From contig JAIFKQ010000054.1 of the NCBI GenBank assembly GCA_020049515.1, forward strand, positions 1 to 56,188: a stretch of 56,188 nucleotides of DNA, given 5' to 3'. The translations under genes were made by a program, and so were the position numbers. Of this stretch, positions 31,254 to 41,245 are shown piece by piece. The stretch's first letter is position 1. Every line of letters starts with the position of its first letter. This DNA comes from Paludibacter sp. (GTDB lineage Bacteria > Bacteroidota > Bacteroidia > Bacteroidales > Paludibacteraceae). The notes under the pieces were generated by a model. That model made no database searches and was not told the origin of the DNA. It was given only the letters and a program-made list of their open reading frames with translations.

Positions 31254-32807
31254 TTATCTAATTGAACCTGTTTGAGGATTTTCCCATGCAAGGTGGTAAG
31301 TATTTCGAGATCTGGGTTGAAAAAATTTTTTATTCTTCTTGCTAATTGTGTGTTTATTTATTAAACCAGTTTTTCGCTTAGGGGTATCAAATACAAATGC
31401 AACTCCCCCACTAAAATTATAGCTCGATGAATTTAAAGGAATTGGAACATTTATTGGAGTTGTAAAACCAAAATGGGACAATGGAAGTGTAGAGTTAAAA
31501 ATAGGTATGTAATCGGCCGAAATAAACCAATGAACAAAACCTGTTTTTAATCCTAGACCAGCACCAAAAGTACTCATTTTTCCATTAATTATAGAATAAC
31601 TAAGTGAAGCATTTAGCCATTCATTGGGCTTTGCATTAGTAGAAAATGTGATTTCAGTAGCAACTATTTGGTTATAAAACTGCGTGTTTGATAATAAACC
31701 AACACTGAAATAATTAGTTGGAAACGTATATTCTGCTCCCACATTCAGTTGGGCTCTTGTTTTTGTTGTATATGTTTTGGATTCGGTTTTAGAATTTTTG
31801 AGTATCGTTTTTAGTGAATCAAACATTTCATTCTTCACAATTAATTTGTCAAGTACCCTTTTATAATAGTAATTTGAAAAGGATTGATCCATACTGTAAT
31901 CGACATTTAAAGTGTTTTTATTCCAAGTTATAAATCCCAAATCGATTATTGAAGCATATAGATTAATATTTTTCGTTAACCTGTAATCTAGTCCAAGGTC
32001 AATTCCAATACCCATTCCTGATGGTTTCAGCCAATCAAAAAAGTTGCTAGGCGTTATAACCGAAATACTTTGAAATTTTTCGCCAATATTCACCTCTAAA
32101 GGACTAGACATATTGGCGACACCTTGAATATTAAATTTCCATTGGTCAGTACTTAAATCCGTTACTATTTTAGTATTGGTATTTGATACATTTGCTCTAC
32201 CCGACAAATACTTCAACTTTCCACCTACCGACCATTGATCGCTAACCCGATGAGCATAACCAAATGCAGTTTCCGAATAAGCAGTAAAATCAGTTTGTAG
32301 CTTAGTGAGGTCAAAGGAATTACCAATAAATGTGGGAGATAAATATAGGAACAAATTGGGTAGATTTTTGGGCAAAACTATTGTTGCGTCGAATTTTTCG
32401 GTAACTGAAAAACTCAAAAAAATATTTTTATGCTTATATCCAACTGCTATCAAATTTGTTTGAGAATGTGTACGAAAGATTGCAGTTGACTTCAAAGCAT
32501 CAAAAAAATCTTTTTTTAAGTCATCTGAATCATAAAAATATGAAATTGTTCCATTTTCATTTTTCACTATATCGTTCAACGTAATTGAATTATTACTAAC
32601 ATTCATTTGCGAAAAACCAATAATTGGCAAACTGACATACAAATGCACCAAAGGTTGAAAAGCAGGATTTAATATGTGGCGATTTGGCACATTTTCCATG
32701 TAATAGACTGTGCTAGCCTGTTGCGCAATGATAAAATTTGAACAAACAATGCTTATAAGGCACAAAACCAACATCCTGATTATATGTATTCTAGCACATG
32801 TCATCAT
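31254..32807 (-). CDS. DUF5723-like beta-barrel without TSP3/OmpA (copy 3)
   Basis: IAQQASTVYYMENVPNRHILNPAFQP, GGKLKYLSG, GIGIDLG and WFISADY match copies 1 and 2; ends in a basic tail. Confidence 0.8.
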   Translation of the reverse strand: MMTCARIHIIRMLVLCLISIVCSNFIIAQQASTVYYMENVPNRHILNPAFQPLVHLYVSLPIIGFSQMNVSNNSITLNDIVKNENGTISYFYDSDDLKKDFFDALKSTAIFRTHSQTNLIAVGYKHKNIFLSFSVTEKFDATIVLPKNLPNLFLYLSPTFIGNSFDLTKLQTDFTAYSETAFGYAHRVSDQWSVGGKLKYLSGRANVSNTNTKIVTDLSTDQWKFNIQGVANMSSPLEVNIGEKFQSISVITPSNFFDWLKPSGMGIGIDLGLDYRLTKNINLYASIIDLGFITWNKNTLNVDYSMDQSFSNYYYKRVLDKLIVKNEMFDSLKTILKNSKTESKTYTTKTRAQLNVGAEYTFPTNYFSVGLLSNTQFYNQIVATEITFSTNAKPNEWLNASLSYSIINGKMSTFGAGLGLKTGFVHWFISADYIPIFNSTLPLSHFGFTTPINVPIPLNSSSYNFSGGVAFVFDTPKRKTGLINKHTISKKNKKFFQPRSRNTYHLAWENPQTGSIR

Positions 32808-32816
32808 TTCTAATTA

Positions 32817-34220
32817 TTAAAAACTTTTATCAGGAAAATTGACCAAATAAACTGTTTCTGTAGCACGGGTAAGTGCCGTGTAAAGCCATCTATAAAAATC
32901 GCTGTTCAATTGATCATCAGCAATTTGACCTGGATCGATAAATACTTTTTTCCATTGTCCGCCTTGTGCTTTGTGGCAAGTAACGGCATATCCAAATTTC
33001 ACTTGCAAGGAATTAAAAAACTCATTATCAAGTACTTTTTTAAACATTTCTCGTCTGTTGGTTATTTCGGGATAATCCTCAGCTACGGCAGCAAAAAGCT
33101 GGTTGGTCATTTCGTTCATGGCTGCTGGCGATTCGGACTGCAACGCATCAAGCCACACGCGAGCGTCTATTTCCCATTCGTAATCCAACGATCGCAGGGT
33201 CAAATCTACGAACCTGAAATTGTAAATGTCGTAAAATTTCCGAACCCTAACTACCTGTAAAATATCGCCATTGGCAATAAAATCAATTTCTTTGTAAGGC
33301 TTGTTCCAATAATAATTATTGCGTGTTACCATCAGCAAATCGCCATTGGTAAGCTCCTCTTCTTTCATCATAACACGGGCGCGAATGCCGTTGTTATACA
33401 TATTGGCACGCTTATTAGAGCGGGTAACCACGATAGTATCCTCCACTCCCACTCCATCGTACGAGCGCTGAATTTCGTCAATCAATTCCATGCCACCAAG
33501 CTTCTGAATATCAGTAAATCCGTCCAACTGAAAGCGAGGAAATTCGCTGGTTTTTTCTTCAATAAGCTGCTGACGCAATAAGGTGGCATTGTGCAAAATT
33601 CCACTTTCCAGCGCCTGCCTAACCACATGTGTAAGTGTATATTCGTGAACCGACAAACCGTAACCCAACAATTTATCGCGTTCCAACGCTGGGCTATGTG
33701 GCTGCATAACAGGCGGTAACTGAGCTGTATCGCCCAAAAGCAGTAGGCTGCAACCATCACTACCATATACAAACTGCACCAAATCGTCGAGCAACCGTCC
33801 CGAACCAAAAGCTGTTTCGGTGCCCGTATTCGAAATCATAGATGCCTCGTCCACAATAAATAAGGTGTGTTTTTCTAGGTTATCGGCCAATTGAAATCGA
33901 AATTCCGACATTGATTTTTGTCGGTAAATCTTTTTATGAATCGTATAAGCCGGAAAACCGGAATAACCAGCTATTACTTTGGCCGCTCGACCCGTTGGTG
34001 CCAACAACACCGTTTTATGTTTCAGTAGGTTCAAAGCGCGCACTAAAGCACTTACCACCGAAGTTTTACCCGTTCCGGCATAACCTCGAAGCATAAAAAT
34101 TTTATCCTTGTTGGTGGACATCAAGAAAACACCCAACAGATCAAGCAATTGCACTTGTTGTTCGGTAGGTTCGAATGGAAGTTGCTCCTTTATGCGGCTG
34201 ACAATGAAGTTTTGTAACAT
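32817..34220 (-). CDS. RecD-like SF1B helicase / ATP-dependent exoDNase family
   Basis: GYAGTGKT, LLAPTGRAAK, IVDEASM, GDTAQLPPV, YAVTCHKAQG and LYTALTRA. Confidence 0.92.
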   Translation of the reverse strand: MLQNFIVSRIKEQLPFEPTEQQVQLLDLLGVFLMSTNKDKIFMLRGYAGTGKTSVVSALVRALNLLKHKTVLLAPTGRAAKVIAGYSGFPAYTIHKKIYRQKSMSEFRFQLADNLEKHTLFIVDEASMISNTGTETAFGSGRLLDDLVQFVYGSDGCSLLLLGDTAQLPPVMQPHSPALERDKLLGYGLSVHEYTLTHVVRQALESGILHNATLLRQQLIEEKTSEFPRFQLDGFTDIQKLGGMELIDEIQRSYDGVGVEDTIVVTRSNKRANMYNNGIRARVMMKEEELTNGDLLMVTRNNYYWNKPYKEIDFIANGDILQVVRVRKFYDIYNFRFVDLTLRSLDYEWEIDARVWLDALQSESPAAMNEMTNQLFAAVAEDYPEITNRREMFKKVLDNEFFNSLQVKFGYAVTCHKAQGGQWKKVFIDPGQIADDQLNSDFYRWLYTALTRATETVYLVNFPDKSF

Positions 34221-34224
34221 ACCA

Positions 34225-34232
34225 CAAAGATA
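34225..34232 (-). promoter_or_regulatory. -7 box placed so that +1 would fall on the ATG of the helicase
   Basis: Minus strand reads TATCTTTG-TGGT-ATG. Confidence 0.6.
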
Positions 34233-34363
34233 AAAATAAGAAATTAATAATGAACAATTAATAATTTATAATTGTATTATTGTAGGTTAAGCAGAAAAGT
34301 TATTTACTTTTGTGGAGCAAAAAATACATATTTTGCGCTTAATGATACAAAAATTATTATTCA

Positions 34364-36394
34364 ATGAAAAAAACAACCCTTATTATTATGGCAGGTTTGC
34401 TTATTACGACTAGCAAAACAATTGCAGTCACTCCGCCCGTAGAAGATTTCAAATACTCGGTAGATAAATTTGCTGATATTGAAATTCTACATTACCGCGT
34501 TCCCGATTTCGAGAAACTGAGTTTGAAACAAAAGGAGATGATTTACTATCTCACTGAAGCCGCATTGGCTGGGCGCGACATTTTGTTTGACCAAAACAAC
34601 AAATACAATCTGACTATTCGTAAAACATTGGAAGCTGTTTATTTAAACTACAAAGGAGATAAAGAATCAGCTGAGTTTGCGCAGTTAACCACTTTTATGA
34701 AACGTGTTTGGATGGGAAATGGTATTCATCATCACTACTCGGAAGATAAATTTATTCCCGACTTTTCAGCGGCTTATTTTTCAAAAACGGTGAAAAGCAT
34801 TGACCCTAAAAAATTACCACTAGGTAAAGGTGAAACTGTGGATCAGCTTGTTGCCAAGCTCACTCCTATCTTATTCGATTCCAGCATTTTTCCAAAACGT
34901 ACCAACCAGGCCGAAGGCGTTGATTTAATTCTTAGCTCGGCCAATAATTATTACGAAGGCGTTACGCAAGCAGAAGTGGAGGCTTTTTATGCAAAAATGA
35001 AGAATCCGAATGATAATACGCCCATTTCTTACGGATTGAATAGTAAATTGGTAAAAGAAAATGGTGTGTTGGTAGAAAAAACGTATAAAGTGGGTGGAAT
35101 GTACGGTAAGACTATTGAGCAGATTATTGTGTGGCTCGAAAAAGCAGCTAGTGTGGCCGAAAACAACAAACAACGTGATGTAATTCTCACACTGATTGAT
35201 TTTTACAAAACGGGTAATTTAAAAACTTATGACGATTATTGCATTAAATGGGTAAAAGATTTGGATTCACAAATTGATTTTGTGAATGGTTTTACCGAAA
35301 CTTATGGCGACCCACTGGGTATGAAAGCGAGCTGGGAATCGATAGTGAATTTCAAAAACATAGAAGCCACCAAACGAACTGAAATTATTAGCTCCAACGC
35401 ACAATGGTTTGAAGATAACTCACCTGTTGACAAGAAATTTAAAAAAGAAACCGTAAAAGGTGTTTCGGCCAAAGTGATTACAGTTGCCATTTTAGCAGGT
35501 GATTGTTATCCTGCCACGCCCATTGGTATTAATTTACCCAACGCCAACTGGATTCGTCGCGACCACGGTTCTAAATCAGTAACCATCGAAAATATTACCG
35601 AAGCTTATGATCAAGCATCGCTCGGAAACGGCTTTGCGGAAGAATTTATGTGGAGCGATGTGGAACGAAAACGAGCCAAAGAATATGCGTCAATGACCAA
35701 TAATTTGCACACCGATTTGCACGAATGTTTGGGTCACGGCTCGGGAAAATTACTGCCTGGAGTTGACCCCGACGCACTAAAAGCCTATGGTTCAACAATA
35801 GAAGAAGCGCGTGCCGATTTGTTTGGATTGTATTATATGGGCGACCCAAAAATGTTAGAACTAACCTTATTGCCAAGCAATGAAGCCTACAAAGCTGAAT
35901 ATTATCAGTTTATAATGAATGGATTAATGACGCAACTCACCCGCATTCAGCCTGGAAAAAATATCGAAGAAGCCCACATGCGCAATCGACAATTGATAGC
36001 TGGCTGGGTGTATGAAAAAGGAAAGGCAGATAAAGTAATTGAATTTACAAAACGCGATGGTGAAACATTTATCGTGATAAATGATTACCAAAAACTTAGA
36101 AGATTATTTGGTGAATTATTGGCCGAGATACAACGCATTCGTTCCACTGGCGATTTTGAAGGCGGAAAACAACTGGTAGAAATGTATGCCGTAAAAGTAA
36201 ATCAAACATTGCATGCAGAAGTGTTGGAGCGTTACAAAAAACTAAACCTAGCACCCTATCGTGGCTTTGTAAACCCTGTTTATACTTTAGTGAAAAATGC
36301 AAAAGGTGAAGTAACCGATGTCACTATCTTATATACCGAAAACTATGTAAATCAGCATTTAAGATACGGAAAAGACTATAGTTTTGGATTCTAG
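34364..36394 (+). CDS. Dipeptidyl peptidase III (peptidase M49), signal peptide-bearing
   Basis: HECLGH hexapeptide zinc motif, EEARAD and GINLPN. Promoter TACTTTTG at 34305-34312. Confidence 0.95.
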   Translation: MKKTTLIIMAGLLITTSKTIAVTPPVEDFKYSVDKFADIEILHYRVPDFEKLSLKQKEMIYYLTEAALAGRDILFDQNNKYNLTIRKTLEAVYLNYKGDKESAEFAQLTTFMKRVWMGNGIHHHYSEDKFIPDFSAAYFSKTVKSIDPKKLPLGKGETVDQLVAKLTPILFDSSIFPKRTNQAEGVDLILSSANNYYEGVTQAEVEAFYAKMKNPNDNTPISYGLNSKLVKENGVLVEKTYKVGGMYGKTIEQIIVWLEKAASVAENNKQRDVILTLIDFYKTGNLKTYDDYCIKWVKDLDSQIDFVNGFTETYGDPLGMKASWESIVNFKNIEATKRTEIISSNAQWFEDNSPVDKKFKKETVKGVSAKVITVAILAGDCYPATPIGINLPNANWIRRDHGSKSVTIENITEAYDQASLGNGFAEEFMWSDVERKRAKEYASMTNNLHTDLHECLGHGSGKLLPGVDPDALKAYGSTIEEARADLFGLYYMGDPKMLELTLLPSNEAYKAEYYQFIMNGLMTQLTRIQPGKNIEEAHMRNRQLIAGWVYEKGKADKVIEFTKRDGETFIVINDYQKLRRLFGELLAEIQRIRSTGDFEGGKQLVEMYAVKVNQTLHAEVLERYKKLNLAPYRGFVNPVYTLVKNAKGEVTDVTILYTENYVNQHLRYGKDYSFGF

Positions 36395-36538
36395 AAAAAA
36401 GGATTTGAAGATATGAAAATTTGAAAATTCCATTCTACTTAATAACACCCACAAAGTGCATAAACTTGCCTGCGGAAGACAAGTATGATTAACCATGTAG
36501 GAATTGAAGATTTTTTAAATTAAAGGAATTTAAAGATT

Positions 36539-36577
36539 AAAAAAACGAGATTGTCGAATAGGCAGTCTCGTTTTTTT
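36539..36577. terminator. Bidirectional terminator between the DPP III gene and coaE
   Basis: AAAAAAACGAGATTGTC-gaata-GGCAGTCTCGTTTTTTT. Confidence 0.8.
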
Positions 36578-36581
36578 GTGC

Positions 36582-37175
36582 TTAAAATTCAGATAATTGA
36601 GCTACAATTTTTCTCATTTTATCTATCAATGGTTTATCATCGTCCGAATGAATAACAAAATCGGCATGTGGAATCTTTTCATTGTCAGAAAGTTGATGAG
36701 AAATTCGGGCTAGTACTTGCTCAGGAGTAACACCATCGCGTTTCACAACACGCGCTATGCGAATGGCTTCAGAAGCTACTGTTAATATCACTTTGTCAAC
36801 CATTGAATTAAAACCACTTTCAAACAAAATAGCCGATTCCATAAACAGAAATTTATGATTGGAATGGGTCTCAGTCCAAGTTTTAAAATCATCTAAAACA
36901 ATTGGGTGAACAATGGAATTTAATTGAAATAGCAAGTCGGTTTTTCCAAAAACAATTTGTGCCAAAGCACTTCTATTAAGGCCATTAGAGCCATATATAT
37001 CATCTCCAAACAAATTTACAAGCTGCTTGCGAATATGTGGGTGCTCATTCTGCAAACGCCGTGCTTCTATATCAGAATCGTAAACCTTAAAACCCTCCAG
37101 GCGCAACAAGTTCGACAAGGTAGTTTTGCCACTACCAATGCCACCAGTTATACCAATTAATAGAGGAGTTTTCAT
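36582..37175 (-). CDS. coaE: Dephospho-CoA kinase
   Basis: IGITGGIGSGKT, LNSIVHP, ESAILFE and RVVKRD. Confidence 0.95.
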   Translation of the reverse strand: MKTPLLIGITGGIGSGKTTLSNLLRLEGFKVYDSDIEARRLQNEHPHIRKQLVNLFGDDIYGSNGLNRSALAQIVFGKTDLLFQLNSIVHPIVLDDFKTWTETHSNHKFLFMESAILFESGFNSMVDKVILTVASEAIRIARVVKRDGVTPEQVLARISHQLSDNEKIPHADFVIHSDDDKPLIDKMRKIVAQLSEF

Positions 37176-37541
37176 TTTTGTCTGTGTGTTTTGAGGTTTA
37201 CTTTCAAGAGCTTAAGATAATAATTGGTTGAATTACTCTCACTTAATATTAAAACGAATAAAAAATTAAATAGTTCTGAATTTAAAGCATTGACATCTAG
37301 TTTTATGATATAAACATTTCCATACATTTCATACATAGCTATTCACATTCAGCCGCTTTATGGATTTGTTATGCATATAGGAACCTTAACATCACTTAGC
37401 TAAGTTTTTCTAAATGCAAACAGAGTATTCCGATGGAGTTTTTCTTCATTCCGAGAAGCGGAAAATTCAGTATTGGCGGTATGATAACATGCCATGCAAC
37501 GTGGATACTGAAAGATAATAAGGAGTTTATTTGCTGTTATT

Positions 37542-37579
37542 CTGAACTTTATATCTTTGTCTAAACTTTATGTCTTTGT
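37542..37579. repeat. 19-bp tandem direct repeat
   Basis: CTGAACTTTATATCTTTGT and CTAAACTTTATGTCTTTGT (17/19 identical). Confidence 0.75.
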
Positions 37580-37659
37580 ACAATTGTGCTCTGTGTATTC
37601 AAAAATATAAAATCAATTTTCGGTGTAGTTTAAATTTTCAAATCTTCAATCTCTTCATT

Positions 37660-39387
37660 TTAAAATCCAAAGCTAAACCCTACCGTTACAGTCGTATTTT
37701 TTCCATGCAAATAGCTAGGCGTAAATAAATCCAAGTACTTTTGCGCCGTTCTATCTGCTTGTTTTGCCTCACCTTCAATGCGTGTAGAAGTTGCATCATA
37801 TCCCTGAATATCACTTCTTGCAATATTTATTATTGCGTAAGCATTGTTGAAAACTTCATATTGAGCATTGAAAGCAAGTGTTTTGTTTGTCCAAATTATA
37901 TCGCTAAGTGCTGGCTGACTGATAATTTCAAGAATATTTGCCCGATTGTAAGCATATTCATTTCCATGTTTTGCATCAACGTACGACAAGTTCAAATCCA
38001 ATCCTCGAATGGGTTTATATTTTAACGCCACGTATATCTCTTGTGAATTATCTCCCAAATAATGCCCTAAATTATAGCCATTTGAAGCCCAGCTAAGTAC
38101 AGGAATAGAATGTTTGTAATTAATAATGTTACTCCCTGTAAATTCACCTACAATAGATAAATTTTGAATGGGAAAATTACCAAGATTAGCCCCTATTTTG
38201 TAAGAAATAGGATTTTTTTCGGGATTGCTGGGCAAAAAGCGTGAAAAACTTACTTCGTCAACATATACCGAACTGTAAAGATGCAAGTGTTTGATATTTC
38301 GAGAACTGATATTCAGAAAAACCTGAGAGTTTTGATTTTCAATGGCCAATCCTTTTGTTAACGTGTGATCCAGCGATTTGTAAAAAGCGATTGGAATAAA
38401 ATAAGCAGCCTGCACATTGGGTTCGGCATAAACAATGGAATTTCCTACTGAAATATTCAATTTGCGAACTGGAGTAAATGTAAACATATTGGCAGCAATA
38501 AATTTATTAGCCATCCTGTATTGTTTATTTCCCACATTGTCAACATAATACCGTGTACTATCCCTTATATTTGAGACCAACCAGCCATGAAAATACTGCA
38601 TCTCGAACCATTTTGCAGGCTTCAAATGGAGTGTAAGCATTGGAAAAGCCGGCGAGCGACCCGAAAGTATATTCGACCCATGATAATTATCACCCCAAAT
38701 TACATTGTCTTTTACCAAACCTACTGATCCCCAATTCCATGCATACTTTATGCCACCTCGCGAATCGCTGAAATCACCACCACCGGCCGCAGCATACGAT
38801 TCCTTGTACTCACAACCCTGAAAATCATTAAGATACTGTGGACGAGCCAACAAGGGTCCCTCGAACGAAATATCACGTAAACTTCCATAAACACTCAAAT
38901 GTTTGCCCATCATGGCTTGAAATTCAGCTCCATACCAACGCTTTGTAATGTTGCCGTTATCGTTACGGGTAATGTGCATGCCTAAAATTGGCGTTATGCG
39001 CGCCCTAAAAAGTGAATCGCGATAATGAAAAGCGGGCTGAATAAGAGAAGCTGTTGAGAGCTCATTTTCCCATATATTAAGTTGCGTTTCGGGTAATTTA
39101 TTTTGCTCTAAGGCAAAATCATTCAGAAAAAATTGGAGTTCCCTTTGCTGACGAGTATTTAAAATGTTTTTTTGCGCTTGGGCTTGGAGTAATTTCTCAG
39201 CAATAAAAGTGCGTGAATAAGGTTTTGCTACCGAATTGATTTCAATGTAACCATCACCTGCCAGTTCGTCTAAAAAATCGTAAATTCTGGTGTATGAGAT
39301 GTGTTGTGAAATATCCTGGGCATTTACAAAAACAGAATATAAAAAACTTATAATAAGCACTTTAATTTTCATCTTTTGAGTTTTCAT
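37660..39387 (-). CDS. Outer-membrane beta-barrel, capsule assembly Wzi-like
   Basis: SPI signal, IYDFLDEL..KPYSR N-terminus, WGDNYHGSNILS, LGHYLGDNS and C-terminal Phe (GFSFGF). Adjacent to a sugar transferase. Confidence 0.65.
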   Translation of the reverse strand: MKTQKMKIKVLIISFLYSVFVNAQDISQHISYTRIYDFLDELAGDGYIEINSVAKPYSRTFIAEKLLQAQAQKNILNTRQQRELQFFLNDFALEQNKLPETQLNIWENELSTASLIQPAFHYRDSLFRARITPILGMHITRNDNGNITKRWYGAEFQAMMGKHLSVYGSLRDISFEGPLLARPQYLNDFQGCEYKESYAAAGGGDFSDSRGGIKYAWNWGSVGLVKDNVIWGDNYHGSNILSGRSPAFPMLTLHLKPAKWFEMQYFHGWLVSNIRDSTRYYVDNVGNKQYRMANKFIAANMFTFTPVRKLNISVGNSIVYAEPNVQAAYFIPIAFYKSLDHTLTKGLAIENQNSQVFLNISSRNIKHLHLYSSVYVDEVSFSRFLPSNPEKNPISYKIGANLGNFPIQNLSIVGEFTGSNIINYKHSIPVLSWASNGYNLGHYLGDNSQEIYVALKYKPIRGLDLNLSYVDAKHGNEYAYNRANILEIISQPALSDIIWTNKTLAFNAQYEVFNNAYAIINIARSDIQGYDATSTRIEGEAKQADRTAQKYLDLFTPSYLHGKNTTVTVGFSFGF

Positions 39388-39435
39388 CTTTTGAATTCAA
39401 CGATTATTCTAATCAACAGACTTTAAGCGAGAAAA

Positions 39436-40953
39436 CTAAGCACTTCTGGCTTTTTTGAAAAGAATATTTTTTACGATTAGAAAAAAATAACGGATATCAG
39501 TAAGAAAAACACCTTTCTTTTCGCAAGCGTCCAAATAATTCATTTCTGAGGCTTGTATATCATCCATTGTTACTGGCATATCTGCATAAAATGGCGGTAA
39601 AAGTCCGGGCTTAAATTTGTTGCGCTTCTCTTGCAATTCTTTGGTGTACAGGCTATAATACTGAGCACTCAAAGGACGTACTCCCACGATTTTCATTTCT
39701 CCTTTTAACAGGTTAAGTATCATAGGCAACTCATCCATCCAATACTTTCGCATAAATGCTCCTGCAGTTGTTACTCGAAAATCCTTATTAAATTTACCAC
39801 CATCTTTTAAACTATTTCGTTCGTAAATATAACTTTGTAAATACTCAGAATATGGATGCATTGTTCGCATTTTGTAAACTTCAAAACGTTTCCCATTTTG
39901 TCCAAAACGGCGCAAACGGATTAATGGTCCATATATTCGCTTCTGTGCTGGTTCTGGCTGCCTTACTCTTTGCGCAAAAATATAAGTCAAATTATTCACT
40001 TTTTTTTCTAAAACTACCTTATAACCATAACAATATAATCTGCCCATTACTTCAGTTTTCGAAAAAATACGGTTTTTACCATTGGTAATAAAATAAAAAA
40101 TTTTCTTGGTAATGAATATTTTGGGCAATACTCGTCTAAATAAATAATCAAAAATGTAAATAATATAATTTAGACCTTTAGCATACTTTTTTAGCAAACG
40201 ACTTTTATATGTACTTTTCGATTCAAAACAACATACAAAGGTTCCATTATCTGGCAATTTTTCGTTAATAGTGGCCAGTGTTTTATTTATACCACGCCTA
40301 TTATTAAGTCTTTCAAGTTGAATTATGGTAGAATACTGATAGTTTGGATTCATTTGTAGGTTTACATAATCGGTCGAAACATAAACTAATGTATTGCCAC
40401 TTTGTAAATCAACATTTTTTTTGAGAAAAGTCAAAACACTATCACTCGAATGAGTCATAATAGTTTTACATAATTGAGAATAACTATCTTCATCCAATTT
40501 ATCAGCAGGTTTTACAATGGCATTGATTCTATTTTCGGTTGTTTGAAAATTATACTCATTATAAGCCACTGCATATTTATAAGCATAATACAAAGACAAT
40601 ACTAAATAATTCAGAAAAAACACCCCCAATGAAATAGACAAGAGAACGTATCCTGAATAATTTTGGTAGAAGAAATAAATTAAAAGTTTGAAAAGTACTA
40701 ATACAATAAGGCTCACATCCAACAATCTTAATGAGGCAATAAAATACATTTGTATTTTTAAAGGCCTATAACGACCTAACAAATAGGAGCTAATAATCCA
40801 CACAAGTATGTAAAACAATGAAGGCCAAGAGTATTTCTCGAATGGTGTATTCGTAGATAGTGGAAAGTAATCCAATACCACATAAAAACTAAATATCAAA
40901 AGAAGCAAATCTATAAAAATATAAATTGCCGAAGGTTTGTAAAAGCTTTTCAT
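39436..40953 (-). CDS. Bacterial sugar transferase (priming phosphoglycosyltransferase) with N-terminal TMs and an extra middle domain
   Basis: RFGQNGKRFEVYKMRTM, DFRVT..G.FMRKYWMDELP, GEMKIVGVRP and KPGL. Confidence 0.85.
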   Translation of the reverse strand: MKSFYKPSAIYIFIDLLLLIFSFYVVLDYFPLSTNTPFEKYSWPSLFYILVWIISSYLLGRYRPLKIQMYFIASLRLLDVSLIVLVLFKLLIYFFYQNYSGYVLLSISLGVFFLNYLVLSLYYAYKYAVAYNEYNFQTTENRINAIVKPADKLDEDSYSQLCKTIMTHSSDSVLTFLKKNVDLQSGNTLVYVSTDYVNLQMNPNYQYSTIIQLERLNNRRGINKTLATINEKLPDNGTFVCCFESKSTYKSRLLKKYAKGLNYIIYIFDYLFRRVLPKIFITKKIFYFITNGKNRIFSKTEVMGRLYCYGYKVVLEKKVNNLTYIFAQRVRQPEPAQKRIYGPLIRLRRFGQNGKRFEVYKMRTMHPYSEYLQSYIYERNSLKDGGKFNKDFRVTTAGAFMRKYWMDELPMILNLLKGEMKIVGVRPLSAQYYSLYTKELQEKRNKFKPGLLPPFYADMPVTMDDIQASEMNYLDACEKKGVFLTDIRYFFLIVKNILFKKARSA

Positions 40954-41245
40954 GAAATTAACAGTTTGATTGAGATAAAAGAAAAAAACATCGGTTACAA
41001 AAATACGACAAATAAATTCAAAAATGAATAGCGAAGTAGAAATTAAAAATTTATTTCGGAAAAATAATACTCCTACTCCATATTTTCAGAATCAAAGGAA
41101 CGATAAAATCCAACAAATCAATTGACAATAAAATGACTAAAGATAGATAGCTCAAAATGATTTAGAAATAGAACAATTTGTTTTTGTTAATATATAATTA
41201 AAGATTAATTGTGTATCTTTGCAAACTTTATTATTATATTGAAAT

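Noticed and set aside
37321-37480. Possible degenerate REP-associated transposase fragment (IHIQP..GFV / RWSFSS)
   Set aside because: The similarity is vague, split across frames and not supportable without a search.
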